Source of the DNA: an uncultured Fluviicola sp.
Lineage (GTDB): Bacteria; Bacteroidota; Bacteroidia; Flavobacteriales_D; Crocinitomicaceae
DNA: 64,000 nucleotides
Direction: 5' to 3'
Assembly (NCBI GenBank): GCA_964585545.1
Contig: CAZPDT010000016.1
Coordinates: forward strand, 17,845 to 81,844
Under the pieces are notes generated by a model, which saw only the letters and a program-made list of their open reading frames with translations, had not been told where the DNA came from and did no database searches. A program made the translations under genes and the position numbers. Position 1 is the stretch's first letter, and every line of letters begins with the position of its first letter. This document shows, one piece after another, positions 21,233-30,847 of this stretch.

Positions 21233-21300
21233 CCCGAACTATTAATTGCGTTGAGCTCGCAAGCTCGGTTCATCGATTTTCGTTATGAAAAGCTAAAATG
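21233..21300 (+). repeat. About 68-nt intergenic repeat, full-length copy
   Basis: CCCGAACTATTAATTGCGTTGAGCTCGCAAGCTCGGTTCATCGATTTTCGTTATGAAAAGCTAAAATG lies 36 nt after the stop of the upstream gene. It contains the GAGCT-CGCA-AGCTC hairpin. Confidence 0.8.
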
Positions 21301-21548
21301 AGCCTGATGGAGTATGTGATTGCGTTTGCAATTTATTAATAACGCAGAAACTCTTTAGTTTTGACACATCCTCTTCATTTTTTCTCTTTTTTGTGATTTT
21401 CTGACATTTTATCAGGAAATCTCTTGGAAAACATCAAAAATGTGTTATATTTTCATGTAAATGGGAATATTTTGGACAATAAGCTTCCTCGTATGGTTCT
21501 TGTACCATTATAAACCGAATTTAATTTATAAACCAAACAAAAAATAAA

Positions 21549-22352
21549 ATGAAAGTTTTAATGATTGGTGCTGGAAACATGGGAGGAACCTATGCAGAAG
21601 GAATGTCAAAATCACCATTGCTCGGCGGAAGAAAACTCCAAATTTTTGACAAAGACCCTGAGAAGCTAAAAGAAATTGGAGAAAAAGGAATACTTGAACC
21701 TTTTGATGAACTCAAAGACTGTTTGCCCAAAGCGGACATTGTATTTATTGCAGTTAAACCCTATCATATTGAAGGATTATTCGAAGAAATGAAACCTTTG
21801 ATAAGCAACCGGCAAATGTTTGTCTCCTTGATGGCAGGTGTAAAAATAGAAACGATTATCGATGGATTAGACGTAACAAAAGTTGTGCGTACAATGCCTA
21901 ATCTTCCCGCTCAAATAGGAAAAGGTGTAACCTCTTATACAGAATCTAAAGGCGTGTCTCGACTCGAACTCATAATGGTGCGTAATTTTCTTGACATGAC
22001 AGGGGATTCTATCCATGTAGAAAATGAAAATTTTATCGATGCCTCAACTGGTATTTCTGGAAGTGGTCCAGCGTATGTATTTTACTTTATGCAATCTATG
22101 CTCGAAGCAGCCAAGAAAATGGGCTTTTCTGATTATGATTCTCGTGTTCTCGTGAGCAGCACTTTTGAAGGTGCAGTTCAATTGTTTAACGAATCGAATA
22201 TTACCCCGAAAACATGGATGGATAGGGTTGCTTCTAAAGGAGGGACAACACGAGCTGCTCTTGACTCCATGGAAGACAATAATATTAAGGAACTTATTAA
22301 AGAAGCCGCTTATTCTGCTTTTGACAGAGCTGTTGAATTGGGGAAAGGGTAA
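21549..22352 (+). CDS. proC: Pyrroline-5-carboxylate reductase
   Basis: N-terminal MKVLMIGAGNMGG is a Rossmann motif. The C-terminal SKGGTTRAAL motif is also present. Confidence 0.85.
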   Translation: MKVLMIGAGNMGGTYAEGMSKSPLLGGRKLQIFDKDPEKLKEIGEKGILEPFDELKDCLPKADIVFIAVKPYHIEGLFEEMKPLISNRQMFVSLMAGVKIETIIDGLDVTKVVRTMPNLPAQIGKGVTSYTESKGVSRLELIMVRNFLDMTGDSIHVENENFIDASTGISGSGPAYVFYFMQSMLEAAKKMGFSDYDSRVLVSSTFEGAVQLFNESNITPKTWMDRVASKGGTTRAALDSMEDNNIKELIKEAAYSAFDRAVELGKG

Positions 22353-22375
22353 TTCATTAACAAACACATTAAAAA

Positions 22376-23149
22376 ATGCATAAAAAACGTATCGTTGTTA
22401 AAGTAGGAACAAACGTGATGACCAACAAAGATAATCGAATTGTAGGACCTGTTCTACAAGAATTGGTAAGACAAATTGCCTACTTATATGAAAGAGATAT
22501 CATTACAGTTTTGGTTTCTTCAGGATCTGTAATTGCAGGAAAAGAAATGCTATCAGAGAATACCATAAAGGATGAAGACATTAGAAAACAGGTTTATTCA
22601 GCTGTTGGACAGCCACGATTAATGCGCCATTACTATAGTATATTCGACCTATTTGGTATGCGTTGTGCCCAAGTCGTAGCCACAAAACGTGATTTTAGTC
22701 CAGGCGCTTACCGAAAAAATATCATTAACTGTTATGAAGGACTCTTGTCTCAGGGAATCATTCCTATTGCCAATGAAGATGATGCCACGTCATTACACAA
22801 CAGTAAGTTTTCAGACAATGATGAATTGGCCAGTTTGGTTGCCGAATTGATTAATGCCGATAAAATGATTATCTTAAGTGATATTGATGGCTTATACAAT
22901 GGTGACCCTAAAGATGATGAAACTGAAAAAATAGAAAAAGTAAAGGTGCATGAGAATGTTGAACAATATGTGCAAGAATCAACAAAAGAAGAAGGTGAAG
23001 GAAGAGGAGGAATGGAGTCCAAATTAAAGATTGCCAAAAAAACCGCAGCTTTAGGTATTTCAACAGTTATTGCTCGTGGAAAGACCAATAATGTAATTGT
23101 TGATATTATGGATGGAAAGGATATCGGAACACAGTTTCTACCAGAATAA
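22376..23149 (+). CDS. proB: Glutamate 5-kinase (short form, no PUA domain)
   Basis: Amino-acid kinase fold blocks: RIVVKVGTNVMT, VLVSSGSV.AG, NEDD..S......DND.LA, LSDIDGLY. At 257 aa there is no room for a PUA domain. Confidence 0.8.
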   Translation: MHKKRIVVKVGTNVMTNKDNRIVGPVLQELVRQIAYLYERDIITVLVSSGSVIAGKEMLSENTIKDEDIRKQVYSAVGQPRLMRHYYSIFDLFGMRCAQVVATKRDFSPGAYRKNIINCYEGLLSQGIIPIANEDDATSLHNSKFSDNDELASLVAELINADKMIILSDIDGLYNGDPKDDETEKIEKVKVHENVEQYVQESTKEEGEGRGGMESKLKIAKKTAALGISTVIARGKTNNVIVDIMDGKDIGTQFLPE

Positions 23150-23188
23150 GAGCAGTATTTTGAATTTTAATTTAAAAATTTTAAACAA

Positions 23189-24388
23189 ATGAAGTTATTA
23201 AGTACAGAAAAGAAGAACAACGTTTTAAGTTCTATGATTGATATTATGAATCAAGAGCGAGAAACGTTAATTAAAGAAAATAAAAAAGATTTAGAGGCTT
23301 TTAATAAAGATGATCAGGCACTTTACGACCGATTGGTTGTAGATGAGACCAAAGTCGACTCAATGATTCAAGCCATTAAAGAAGTGCGGGCACAAGATGA
23401 TCCTGTAGGTCAAACCTTGTTCAAAGACACCTTAAAGAATGGACTGGAAATAACAAATAAAACAGCACCGTTTGGAACAATTTTAATTATTTATGAATCA
23501 CGCCCTGATGTTACAATTGAAGCTGCAATGCTGGCTTTTAAAGCCAACAATAAAATTTTATTGAAAGGAGGTAAAGAAGCCTACCACAGCAATGTTATAC
23601 TTGAAAAATTTTGGCACAAAGCCTTAGAGGCAAATGACTTAGATAAGGATTGGATTTCGTTGCTACAATTAAAACGCGAGGAGACACAAGACTTTTTAAA
23701 GAATCCACCAATGAAAATTGATTTGGTAGTGCCGCGTGGAGGAGAAGGATTGATTAAATTTGTGAAAGAAAATTCCTCAGCAGCAGTTTTGGTAAGTGGA
23801 CGTGGAAACAATTTTATGTATGTTTCTGATAATGCAGATTGGGAAAAAACCAAAAAAGTACTCATTAATGCTAAAACAGATAAGACTTCGGCGTGTAATG
23901 CATTAGATAATGTTCTAATTGATAAAAATATTCCCGACTTGGAGGTCAAATTGAAAGACTTACAGAAGACACTCAAAACGTCTATGGTGGATATTGTTGT
24001 CGACGAAGAAGTTGGCAAAATTCTTCCTGAAGAAGCTCCAATACCAAGCGAAGACAGTTGGTATGAAGAATTCCTCGCCATGAAAATACTCTTGGCAGAA
24101 ACCGATGGAATTGATGATGCCATTCAACGGATTAATAAATATTCTGGAGGACATTCAACAGTGATTCTTACTGAAAACACCGATGAAGCCCAGAAATTTA
24201 TGGAGGAAATTGACAGTGCTGCAGTTTTTCACAATGCGTCCACCCGCTTTACCGATGGAGGACAAATGGGAGTTGGAGCAGAATTGGCGATTAGTACAGA
24301 CAAGTTACACCATCGAGGGCCCTTGGGATTGCCTCAACTTGTTACCAATAAATATTATGTACGCGGTGACGGGCAAGTTAGAATGTAG
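23189..24388 (+). CDS. proA: Glutamate-5-semialdehyde dehydrogenase
   Basis: IYESRPDVT, LKGGKEA..SN, the catalytic-Cys region TSACNALDNVL, and HNASTRFTDGG...G.ST.KLH.RGP.GL..L. Confidence 0.85.
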   Translation: MKLLSTEKKNNVLSSMIDIMNQERETLIKENKKDLEAFNKDDQALYDRLVVDETKVDSMIQAIKEVRAQDDPVGQTLFKDTLKNGLEITNKTAPFGTILIIYESRPDVTIEAAMLAFKANNKILLKGGKEAYHSNVILEKFWHKALEANDLDKDWISLLQLKREETQDFLKNPPMKIDLVVPRGGEGLIKFVKENSSAAVLVSGRGNNFMYVSDNADWEKTKKVLINAKTDKTSACNALDNVLIDKNIPDLEVKLKDLQKTLKTSMVDIVVDEEVGKILPEEAPIPSEDSWYEEFLAMKILLAETDGIDDAIQRINKYSGGHSTVILTENTDEAQKFMEEIDSAAVFHNASTRFTDGGQMGVGAELAISTDKLHHRGPLGLPQLVTNKYYVRGDGQVRM

Positions 24389-24422
24389 TTAAATATAATA
24401 TTGTACCTAATATTTTATCCAA

Positions 24423-24465
24423 AAAAGATACTGAAGATAACATCTTTGTATCTTTTTGGGTTTTT
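24423..24465 (+). terminator. Rho-independent terminator after proA
   Basis: AAAAGATAC (24423-24431) pairs with GTATCTTTT (24448-24456) and is followed by TGGGTTTTT. Confidence 0.55.
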
Positions 24466-24667
24466 ATCGAGTAAGCAACTTACATGTAGTAAAGCACATG
24501 AGCTCTCAGAGTGACATATATCACTTTTTCTAAACTTTATTCCTCGGTAATCTTGTTGTTTTATTCTTTTTTGTTACCTTACATCAGTTCATTACAAAAT
24601 GAAGTCTAACAGATTTTCAGTTGACGAATAAAATTGGATATAAACTAAACTATTAAAATTTAAGATT

Positions 24668-25795
24668 ATGAAACTTATTAAGATAACAACAATTGTTCTT
24701 TCATTAATTCTATACCACTTATCATTCGCACAAACTACCGTTGCCGATGGCAATTGGTCAGATCCTGCTACCTGGGGTGGAACACCTCCAATAATGTCAG
24801 GAACTGTAGTCATTAATCATAAGGTTACTTTGGATATTGATTATGCACACAATGCAGGTGATGTAATAATTAATGGGTCTGGAGAATTAACAGGGAACTC
24901 TTCCGCCAGAAATTTTGCAATTAACTTTCCAAGTGGAACTGCTACACTATCTGTAATTGGTTCTTTTAATGTTGCTTCAACCCTTTTCAATTCAGGAGGA
25001 GCAGCAATAACCAATTCAGGAACTATTGAAGCCGATAGCTTATTGAATAATACTGATTTGGTCAATAACCTTGGAGCGACAATTAATGCTTCTCAGTTCA
25101 TGAACAATACAGGTGGGGCACTCACAAATAATGGGACAATGAATACTTCTAATTTTTTGAATTTAGACACAGTTTCTAATACAGGGACGATTACTGCGAT
25201 CGACATGACAAATTCAAAAGGGTTTAACAATTCAGCAACAGGGACAATGACAATAACGCACGATTTTTTGAATGCCGATACCATTGTGGCGGGCCCTGCA
25301 CATCTAATTATTGATGGACGTTTAACCGTTGGACATGATTTTCAAAATGGAATAAGCCCTGCCACCATAGAAGGTTCAGGTTCAATTTGTGTAGCATTTA
25401 ATTCATTGAATAGAGGTATTATGAATGGAACATTTGACTTTTGTGACCAAACAGGAAGTGGAGGTGTTGATTTGAATACTGGAACCATTGCAAGTGGAAT
25501 AACGACCTGTTTACAACCCTGTACTGTTGGAATCAATGAAGAGAAAAATCTAACTTTAAATTTTAAAGTTTATCCGAACCCTTTCTCTAAAGAGACGACA
25601 ATCGAATTGGATCATAACCTGAACAATGCTTCGCTTACTGTTTTGAATTATTTTGGACAGACAGTAAAAGAAATCAAAAACATTTCAGGAAATACAATTT
25701 CACTTTCACGTGGAAATTTAACGAATGGACTTTACTTTATTCATTTAACAGAAGGGGACAAGATTATTGCCATTGAAAAATTAGTTATCGAATAA
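24668..25795 (+). CDS. Secreted N/T/G-rich repeat protein with a T9SS C-terminal sorting domain
   Basis: It has a signal peptide and short degenerate repeats (NN.G.(I/M)). The C-terminus FKVYPNPFSKETTIEL...NGLYFIHL...EKLVIE is a T9SS CTD. Confidence 0.65.
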   Translation: MKLIKITTIVLSLILYHLSFAQTTVADGNWSDPATWGGTPPIMSGTVVINHKVTLDIDYAHNAGDVIINGSGELTGNSSARNFAINFPSGTATLSVIGSFNVASTLFNSGGAAITNSGTIEADSLLNNTDLVNNLGATINASQFMNNTGGALTNNGTMNTSNFLNLDTVSNTGTITAIDMTNSKGFNNSATGTMTITHDFLNADTIVAGPAHLIIDGRLTVGHDFQNGISPATIEGSGSICVAFNSLNRGIMNGTFDFCDQTGSGGVDLNTGTIASGITTCLQPCTVGINEEKNLTLNFKVYPNPFSKETTIELDHNLNNASLTVLNYFGQTVKEIKNISGNTISLSRGNLTNGLYFIHLTEGDKIIAIEKLVIE

Positions 25796-25879
25796 AGAAA
25801 ACATAACTGTACTTCTTATTGTTTATAATTCAGTGTGCACTGGAAAGCATTAAAATTATTAATATATAAAGTATACATT

Positions 25880-26317
25880 ATGGAAAAAAGATTTGATACC
25901 AATAAACTCGTACCTGAGATATATAATAAAGTATTGGAGCTTGAAAAAAGCATTCAAGCATCTTCATTAGAAAAAACACATTTAGAGCTCATTAAATTGC
26001 GTGCATCACAAATTAACGGTTGTGCATATTGCATTAACATGCATACAGAAGATGCTTTAAAATTAGGAGAAACAGTGAAGCGAATTGCATTGCTGAATGC
26101 GTGGAGAGATACAGACCTATTTTCAGCAGAAGAAAAAGTGATTTTAGCAATGACAGAAGAAGTCACTTTGATTCATCAAGATGGATTGTCAGATTCAACT
26201 TATGATAAAGCATCGAAATACTTTGATAAGGAGTATATTGCCTTAATTATAATGACAATCATTACCATCAATGCATGGAACAGAATAGCCATTAGCTCAA
26301 AAGAGATTGTGAGATGA
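25880..26317 (+). CDS. Carboxymuconolactone decarboxylase / AhpD-like family protein
   Basis: LIKLRASQINGCAYCINMHTEDALKLGE is the CxxC-type AhpD-core motif. The ATG is at 25880. Confidence 0.7.
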   Translation: MEKRFDTNKLVPEIYNKVLELEKSIQASSLEKTHLELIKLRASQINGCAYCINMHTEDALKLGETVKRIALLNAWRDTDLFSAEEKVILAMTEEVTLIHQDGLSDSTYDKASKYFDKEYIALIIMTIITINAWNRIAISSKEIVR

Positions 26318-26514
26318 TTTTAGACAAGATTCACAATAAAAAAGTTGTTTCTTCTGTAATTCTCGAAAAGATAATTTGATACAGAATAACAGTACACTTT
26401 TTGTGTATTTTATCGGAATATATGGCATTACTAAATATTTTGTGAAACGAGGTTTATATTTCCAAAATAGAATAATGCATTTATCCTAAAAAGTCTGATT
26501 TTAAAAGTATAAAT

Positions 26515-26922
26515 ATGAAAAGATTAATTCTATTGATGATTATAATCGGCGGGATTTTCATAACGAACGGTTGCTGTAAGAAAAAGATGGTAGCAGGGCT
26601 AACGGTAACATACGAAAGTGTTCCAGAAGCCACCAATCTCTATGCAATAAAGTTAAGTTCTGATAATTGGAATAATATTATTGATACACTTGATTTAGGG
26701 GTAATTGATAGTTTAAATCAATATACTGTTTTTCTCCCCGTCCCCGTTCAATTTCCAAATTATATATTGTATTTAGAAAGTAACTCGCAAAAAGACACCA
26801 TTTCTAACATTTTTTATGAAACAGAAGGTAAAAACTGCAATATGTCGTTGGTTAATCTTTCATATAAGCTAAATGGTATTCCAAAAGGTGATTTTAAAAT
26901 AACTCTTCAATATGAAGAATAA
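26515..26922 (+). CDS. Hypothetical lipoprotein
   Basis: It has a signal peptide with a lipobox-like FITNGC. No family was recognised. Confidence 0.4.
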   Translation: MKRLILLMIIIGGIFITNGCCKKKMVAGLTVTYESVPEATNLYAIKLSSDNWNNIIDTLDLGVIDSLNQYTVFLPVPVQFPNYILYLESNSQKDTISNIFYETEGKNCNMSLVNLSYKLNGIPKGDFKITLQYEE

Positions 26923-27139
26923 ATATTCTATGTGAATATTAATGGTTTTATCAAACTCGTTTTCTCAATTTTGGTAACGGCAAAATCCTTAGTTATGCCC
27001 AATATTCCTCCTAAAAAGCCTATGAGCTCCATGTTTTAATCACATGTATTTCACAAAGTAAAGAGTTTTTATGTTATATTTGGTTCACAAAGTATTTACT
27101 ATAACCGATTTAATTAACTTGCTTTAAAATGAAAACACT

Positions 27140-27352
27140 ATGACAAGAAGCCCTATTACATTAATTTTATTATTCGCGATGAGTAGCTTATTATCATGTT
27201 CTATTCCAGACGAGAAAATTACAGAAAATACTAAAAACGATGCTTGCCGACAAGATTTATTGGGAGCGCTTTCTACTTTTTCTTCCGATTTAGGTTTGCC
27301 AATTCAGATTTCACAAGAGGATGCAACAGCAATTTTTGACCAAAAATCATGA
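27140..27352 (+). CDS. Small hypothetical lipoprotein
   Basis: The signal peptide ends in LLSC. The stop overlaps (ATGA) a 32-codon ORF at 27347-27445. Confidence 0.3.
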   Translation: MTRSPITLILLFAMSSLLSCSIPDEKITENTKNDACRQDLLGALSTFSSDLGLPIQISQEDATAIFDQKS

Positions 27353-27514
27353 CAAAATCCTCCTTTGAGTATGCTAAGCGTAAAAGTGAGCTGTTTTATG
27401 TTACAAAAGATGGCTGTTATGCATGCGGGATAAGTACTGGGGCATGAACCGTTGCCTTCACTCTGTTTTGGTCTGTTTTTTGCTGTTTTTTTAAGTACTA
27501 AAACCGTATTGCTC

Positions 27515-28126
27515 ATGAAAAGAAACATCGTTTTTAATCTTTCTCTTTGGATCTTTATAACTACAGCATTTTTATTGGCAAACTGCTCCTCGTCAAACGG
27601 ACTTATTGATAGAATTACTTTTGAGGAAGATATTGTTCATTCCACAAAAAGAATAACGTTCAAGCATACCCATTATTTCTATTTCAGTAAAACTCCAATG
27701 ATTAAAATGGATCAAACTTTTGTAAAGTCAATACATGAGAATAAAAAGAATACAATTAATGTATATGATCGACTTACTTTAAAAGCAGGATATTTCCAAC
27801 TTCAGGATGAAGTGTATATGATTGTCAAGAATAAAGTTTATCCCATTACACCAAAGCTTTTTGAACATGAAAGGTTTACCCATACATCTTCATCCAAAAA
27901 AAACATCACAACATCAGATGATGAATCGATTGCTGTTGTTACAGGTTATAATGAAAAAGAACGGGATATTGTGCGCATAAATTATCAATTAACGGAGCAG
28001 ATGACAGCAGCTATTGTGACGGCCGATACGGTTTCATTTCGATATTATGCTGGTCCACACATGATTACTGTTGATGTAAAGGAAGACGTTTTAGACGCAG
28101 TAAAAGAATTAATTCAAAGTGAATAA
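27515..28126 (+). CDS. Hypothetical lipoprotein
   Basis: The ATG at 27515 gives MKRNIVFNLSLWIFITTAFLLANCSS, which contains a lipobox. No family was recognised. Confidence 0.45.
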   Translation: MKRNIVFNLSLWIFITTAFLLANCSSSNGLIDRITFEEDIVHSTKRITFKHTHYFYFSKTPMIKMDQTFVKSIHENKKNTINVYDRLTLKAGYFQLQDEVYMIVKNKVYPITPKLFEHERFTHTSSSKKNITTSDDESIAVVTGYNEKERDIVRINYQLTEQMTAAIVTADTVSFRYYAGPHMITVDVKEDVLDAVKELIQSE

Positions 28127-28306
28127 TTAGGTGCATCTTTTTTGTGGTTTTGGGTCGGAAATTCACCATTATTTTGAATTCTAATATCAAGTTTTTCAAT
28201 GTCCTAAAAATATTTAACATAAAAATAAATCAAAAGCATATAAAAAGTGCTGACCTTTAAAAAAAATATATACCTTTGCCCCCGAATTTGAAAAGGTAAA
28301 TTCGTT

Positions 28307-29440
28307 TTGAAAGTAAAAAAAACAATGTTCAATAGTTCATTTAAAGTGTTGGCTTGGGTTACTGCACTTTTATTATCAGTACCTGCATTCTCTGCAACCT
28401 CTGATTCTTCCTCTGTTGACAACGAAGAGGGCATGAATGAAGTAATCATGCACCATATTAAAGATGCGCATGAATGGCACATTTTAACCTATACAGATAA
28501 CGAAGGCGAAAAACACAATCTCGCAGTGTATTTGCCCGTAATATTAATTGATGAGGGAATAGAAATTTTTTACTCGAAAGAATTGTATCATCATGGACAG
28601 GAAATAGAGGTTGAAAATCCTAAAGCAGAATACGACCACTATATTGCAAACACAGAGCTCGGTTATGGACTTTATAATGAGAAAATTTATAAGTTGCATT
28701 CTGATGGCACCATGACTTTTGATACAGAAGGAAATCCCATCAATGAGAAACCACTTGATCTCTCAATTACAAAAAATGTTGTTTCATTGCTTTTTGCTGC
28801 ATTGTTGATGTTTGTTTTAATGCGTTCTGCTGCTAGGTCTTATAAGAGTGAAGGCAATTATGTGCCCAAAGGAATTGCACGATTTATTGAACCCATTGTT
28901 ATCTTTATCCGTGATGAGGTGGCCATTGCAAACTTGGGAGAGGAAAACTATAGAAAATATTTACCCTATTTATTAAATATATTCTTCTTTATATGGATCA
29001 CCAGTTTGTTGGGATTGTTTCCAATTATACCTGGTGGAGCGAATTTAACAGGAAACATTAGTTTTACTTTGATATTGGCAATATTTACGCTTATTCTTAC
29101 TTTATTTTCAGCAAAGAAAACGTACTGGGGACATATTTTTAATCCTCCAGGTGTGCCAGCTGTATTATTGCCACTAATGATACCCATCGAGTTGGTTGGT
29201 GTTTTCACAAAACCATTTGCTTTAACAGTGCGTTTGTTTGCAAATATGACTGCTGGACACATCATTGTTTTGGCATTAATAGGAATAATCTTTACGTTCG
29301 GAAGTGTGGCGTGGAGTGGACTCTCATTACCCATGGCATTATTTATTAATGTGTTGGAGTTGTTGGTCGGAATTTTACAAGCCTTCATTTTTACAGTGTT
29401 ATCTGCACTCTTCATTGGTGAAGCCGTTGCAGAGCACTGA
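28307..29440 (+). CDS. atpB: F0F1 ATP synthase subunit a (long Bacteroidota-type N-terminal extension)
   Basis: The C-terminal half carries the subunit-a signature LTVRLFANMTAGH (essential Arg) and 5-6 TM helices. The start is either the TTG at 28307 or the ATG at 28325. Confidence 0.85.
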   Translation: MKVKKTMFNSSFKVLAWVTALLLSVPAFSATSDSSSVDNEEGMNEVIMHHIKDAHEWHILTYTDNEGEKHNLAVYLPVILIDEGIEIFYSKELYHHGQEIEVENPKAEYDHYIANTELGYGLYNEKIYKLHSDGTMTFDTEGNPINEKPLDLSITKNVVSLLFAALLMFVLMRSAARSYKSEGNYVPKGIARFIEPIVIFIRDEVAIANLGEENYRKYLPYLLNIFFFIWITSLLGLFPIIPGGANLTGNISFTLILAIFTLILTLFSAKKTYWGHIFNPPGVPAVLLPLMIPIELVGVFTKPFALTVRLFANMTAGHIIVLALIGIIFTFGSVAWSGLSLPMALFINVLELLVGILQAFIFTVLSALFIGEAVAEH

Positions 29441-29464
29441 TTGTATTAATTGTGTAATTTATAA

Positions 29465-29680
<216 letters not shown>

Positions 29681-29690
29681 TTAAACTTAA

Positions 29691-29725
29691 ACTCCCCCAC
29701 AACGGTTGGTTGTGAGGGGAGTTTT
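29691..29725 (+). promoter_or_regulatory. Strong stem-loop plus T-run between atpE and atpF
   Basis: ACTCCCCCACAAC-GGTT-GGTTGTGAGGGGAGT is followed by TTTT. The stem is 13 bp with one bulge. Confidence 0.6.
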
Positions 29726-29753
29726 AAATTGAAAACATTAAAATAAGAACAAA

Positions 29754-30248
29754 ATGGATTTAGTTACTCCCGATATTGGATTGGTATTTTGGACAGGATT
29801 GGTTTTCCTTCTTTTGCTATTTGTTTTAACTAAATTTGCTTGGAAACCTATTCTTTCTGCTGTAAATAAACGTGAGGAAAATATCCAAAATGCTTTGGAT
29901 ATGGCGAAAGAAACCAAAGCAGAAATGGAAAAACTCCAAGCCAAAAATGAAAATTTGCTCAAAGAAGCACGTGCTGAACGTGATGATATGATTAAAGAGG
30001 CAAAAGCAACAACAGACAGAATGATTGAATCGGCTAAAGGAAAAGCAAAAGACGAAGCAGACAAAATAATTAAAAACGCAAGAATGGCTATTGATGCTGA
30101 AAAAGACGCTGCGGTTGCGGAGCTTAAAAATCAAGTTGCTGGCATCGCTTTGGAAATTGCTGAGAAAATTATTCGTACAGAATTGTCATCCGATAAAAAA
30201 CAAATAGAATTGGCCGAAAACTTGTCAAAAGACATCAATTTAAACTAA
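29754..30248 (+). CDS. atpF: F0F1 ATP synthase subunit b
   Basis: It has an N-terminal TM helix followed by a long charged coiled coil (K/E/A-rich). The position in the operon also fits. Confidence 0.85.
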   Translation: MDLVTPDIGLVFWTGLVFLLLLFVLTKFAWKPILSAVNKREENIQNALDMAKETKAEMEKLQAKNENLLKEARAERDDMIKEAKATTDRMIESAKGKAKDEADKIIKNARMAIDAEKDAAVAELKNQVAGIALEIAEKIIRTELSSDKKQIELAENLSKDINLN

Positions 30249-30255
30249 GAAAGCC

Positions 30256-30789
30256 ATGAATGGAATGAAAGTAGCAAGTCGTTATGCACAATCGTTGATT
30301 GAACTGGCCGAAGAATTAAAGGTCGTTGATGAGGTGTTGGAGGACATGAAAGCGCTATTAACTACTGTCAACCAAAATAGGGATTTCCACGTTTTTTTGA
30401 ACAGTCCGCTTATAAAAGCAGATAAAAAAAACAGTATTTTCGATAAAATATTTGGTGATTTCCAAGAGGTATCTATAAAGTTTGTGCACCTTTTGACAAA
30501 AAATAGACGGGAAATGATTTTTCCTCTAATTGCCGAAGAATTCATTTCTAAACTAAATGAGATCCGTAATATTGTTCCTATGACATTAACGTCAGCTAAA
30601 CAATTGGACGGTAAAATAAAAGATAAGATTCTTAAAAAGTTGAACAGTCAACTTGATGGATCGATTGAGTTAACAGAAGAAATTGATGATTCACTTATTG
30701 GTGGATTTGTTGTAAGAATGGGAGATACCCGTATTGATGCGAGTGTTTCTCATCAGTTGTATAAAATGAAAAAACGTTTAATGAATTAA
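30256..30789 (+). CDS. atpH: F0F1 ATP synthase subunit delta (OSCP)
   Basis: VASRYAQSLIELA at the N-terminus and LIGGFVVRMGDTRIDASV at the C-terminus. Confidence 0.85.
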   Translation: MNGMKVASRYAQSLIELAEELKVVDEVLEDMKALLTTVNQNRDFHVFLNSPLIKADKKNSIFDKIFGDFQEVSIKFVHLLTKNRREMIFPLIAEEFISKLNEIRNIVPMTLTSAKQLDGKIKDKILKKLNSQLDGSIELTEEIDDSLIGGFVVRMGDTRIDASVSHQLYKMKKRLMN

Positions 30790-30847
30790 GGTTGGAAGGA
30801 ATTGAGCAATAGATTTTTGAACAACCAATTGAATAAAGCAAGATAAA

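Noticed and set aside
23581-24123. 180-aa minus-strand ORF.
   Set aside because: It is antisense to proA, which has clear motif support. The ORF has Ser-rich, low-information composition.
27347-27445. 32-codon ORF (MTKSSFEYAKRKSELFYVTKDGCYACGISTGA) overlapping the stop of 27140-27352 by ATGA. It could be a frameshifted single gene or a coupled micro-ORF.
   Set aside because: No family was recognised in either part, and a short overlap like this arises easily by chance. The evidence is insufficient to call it.
28966-29415. 149-aa minus-strand ORF.
   Set aside because: It is antisense to atpB, whose subunit-a signature is unambiguous.
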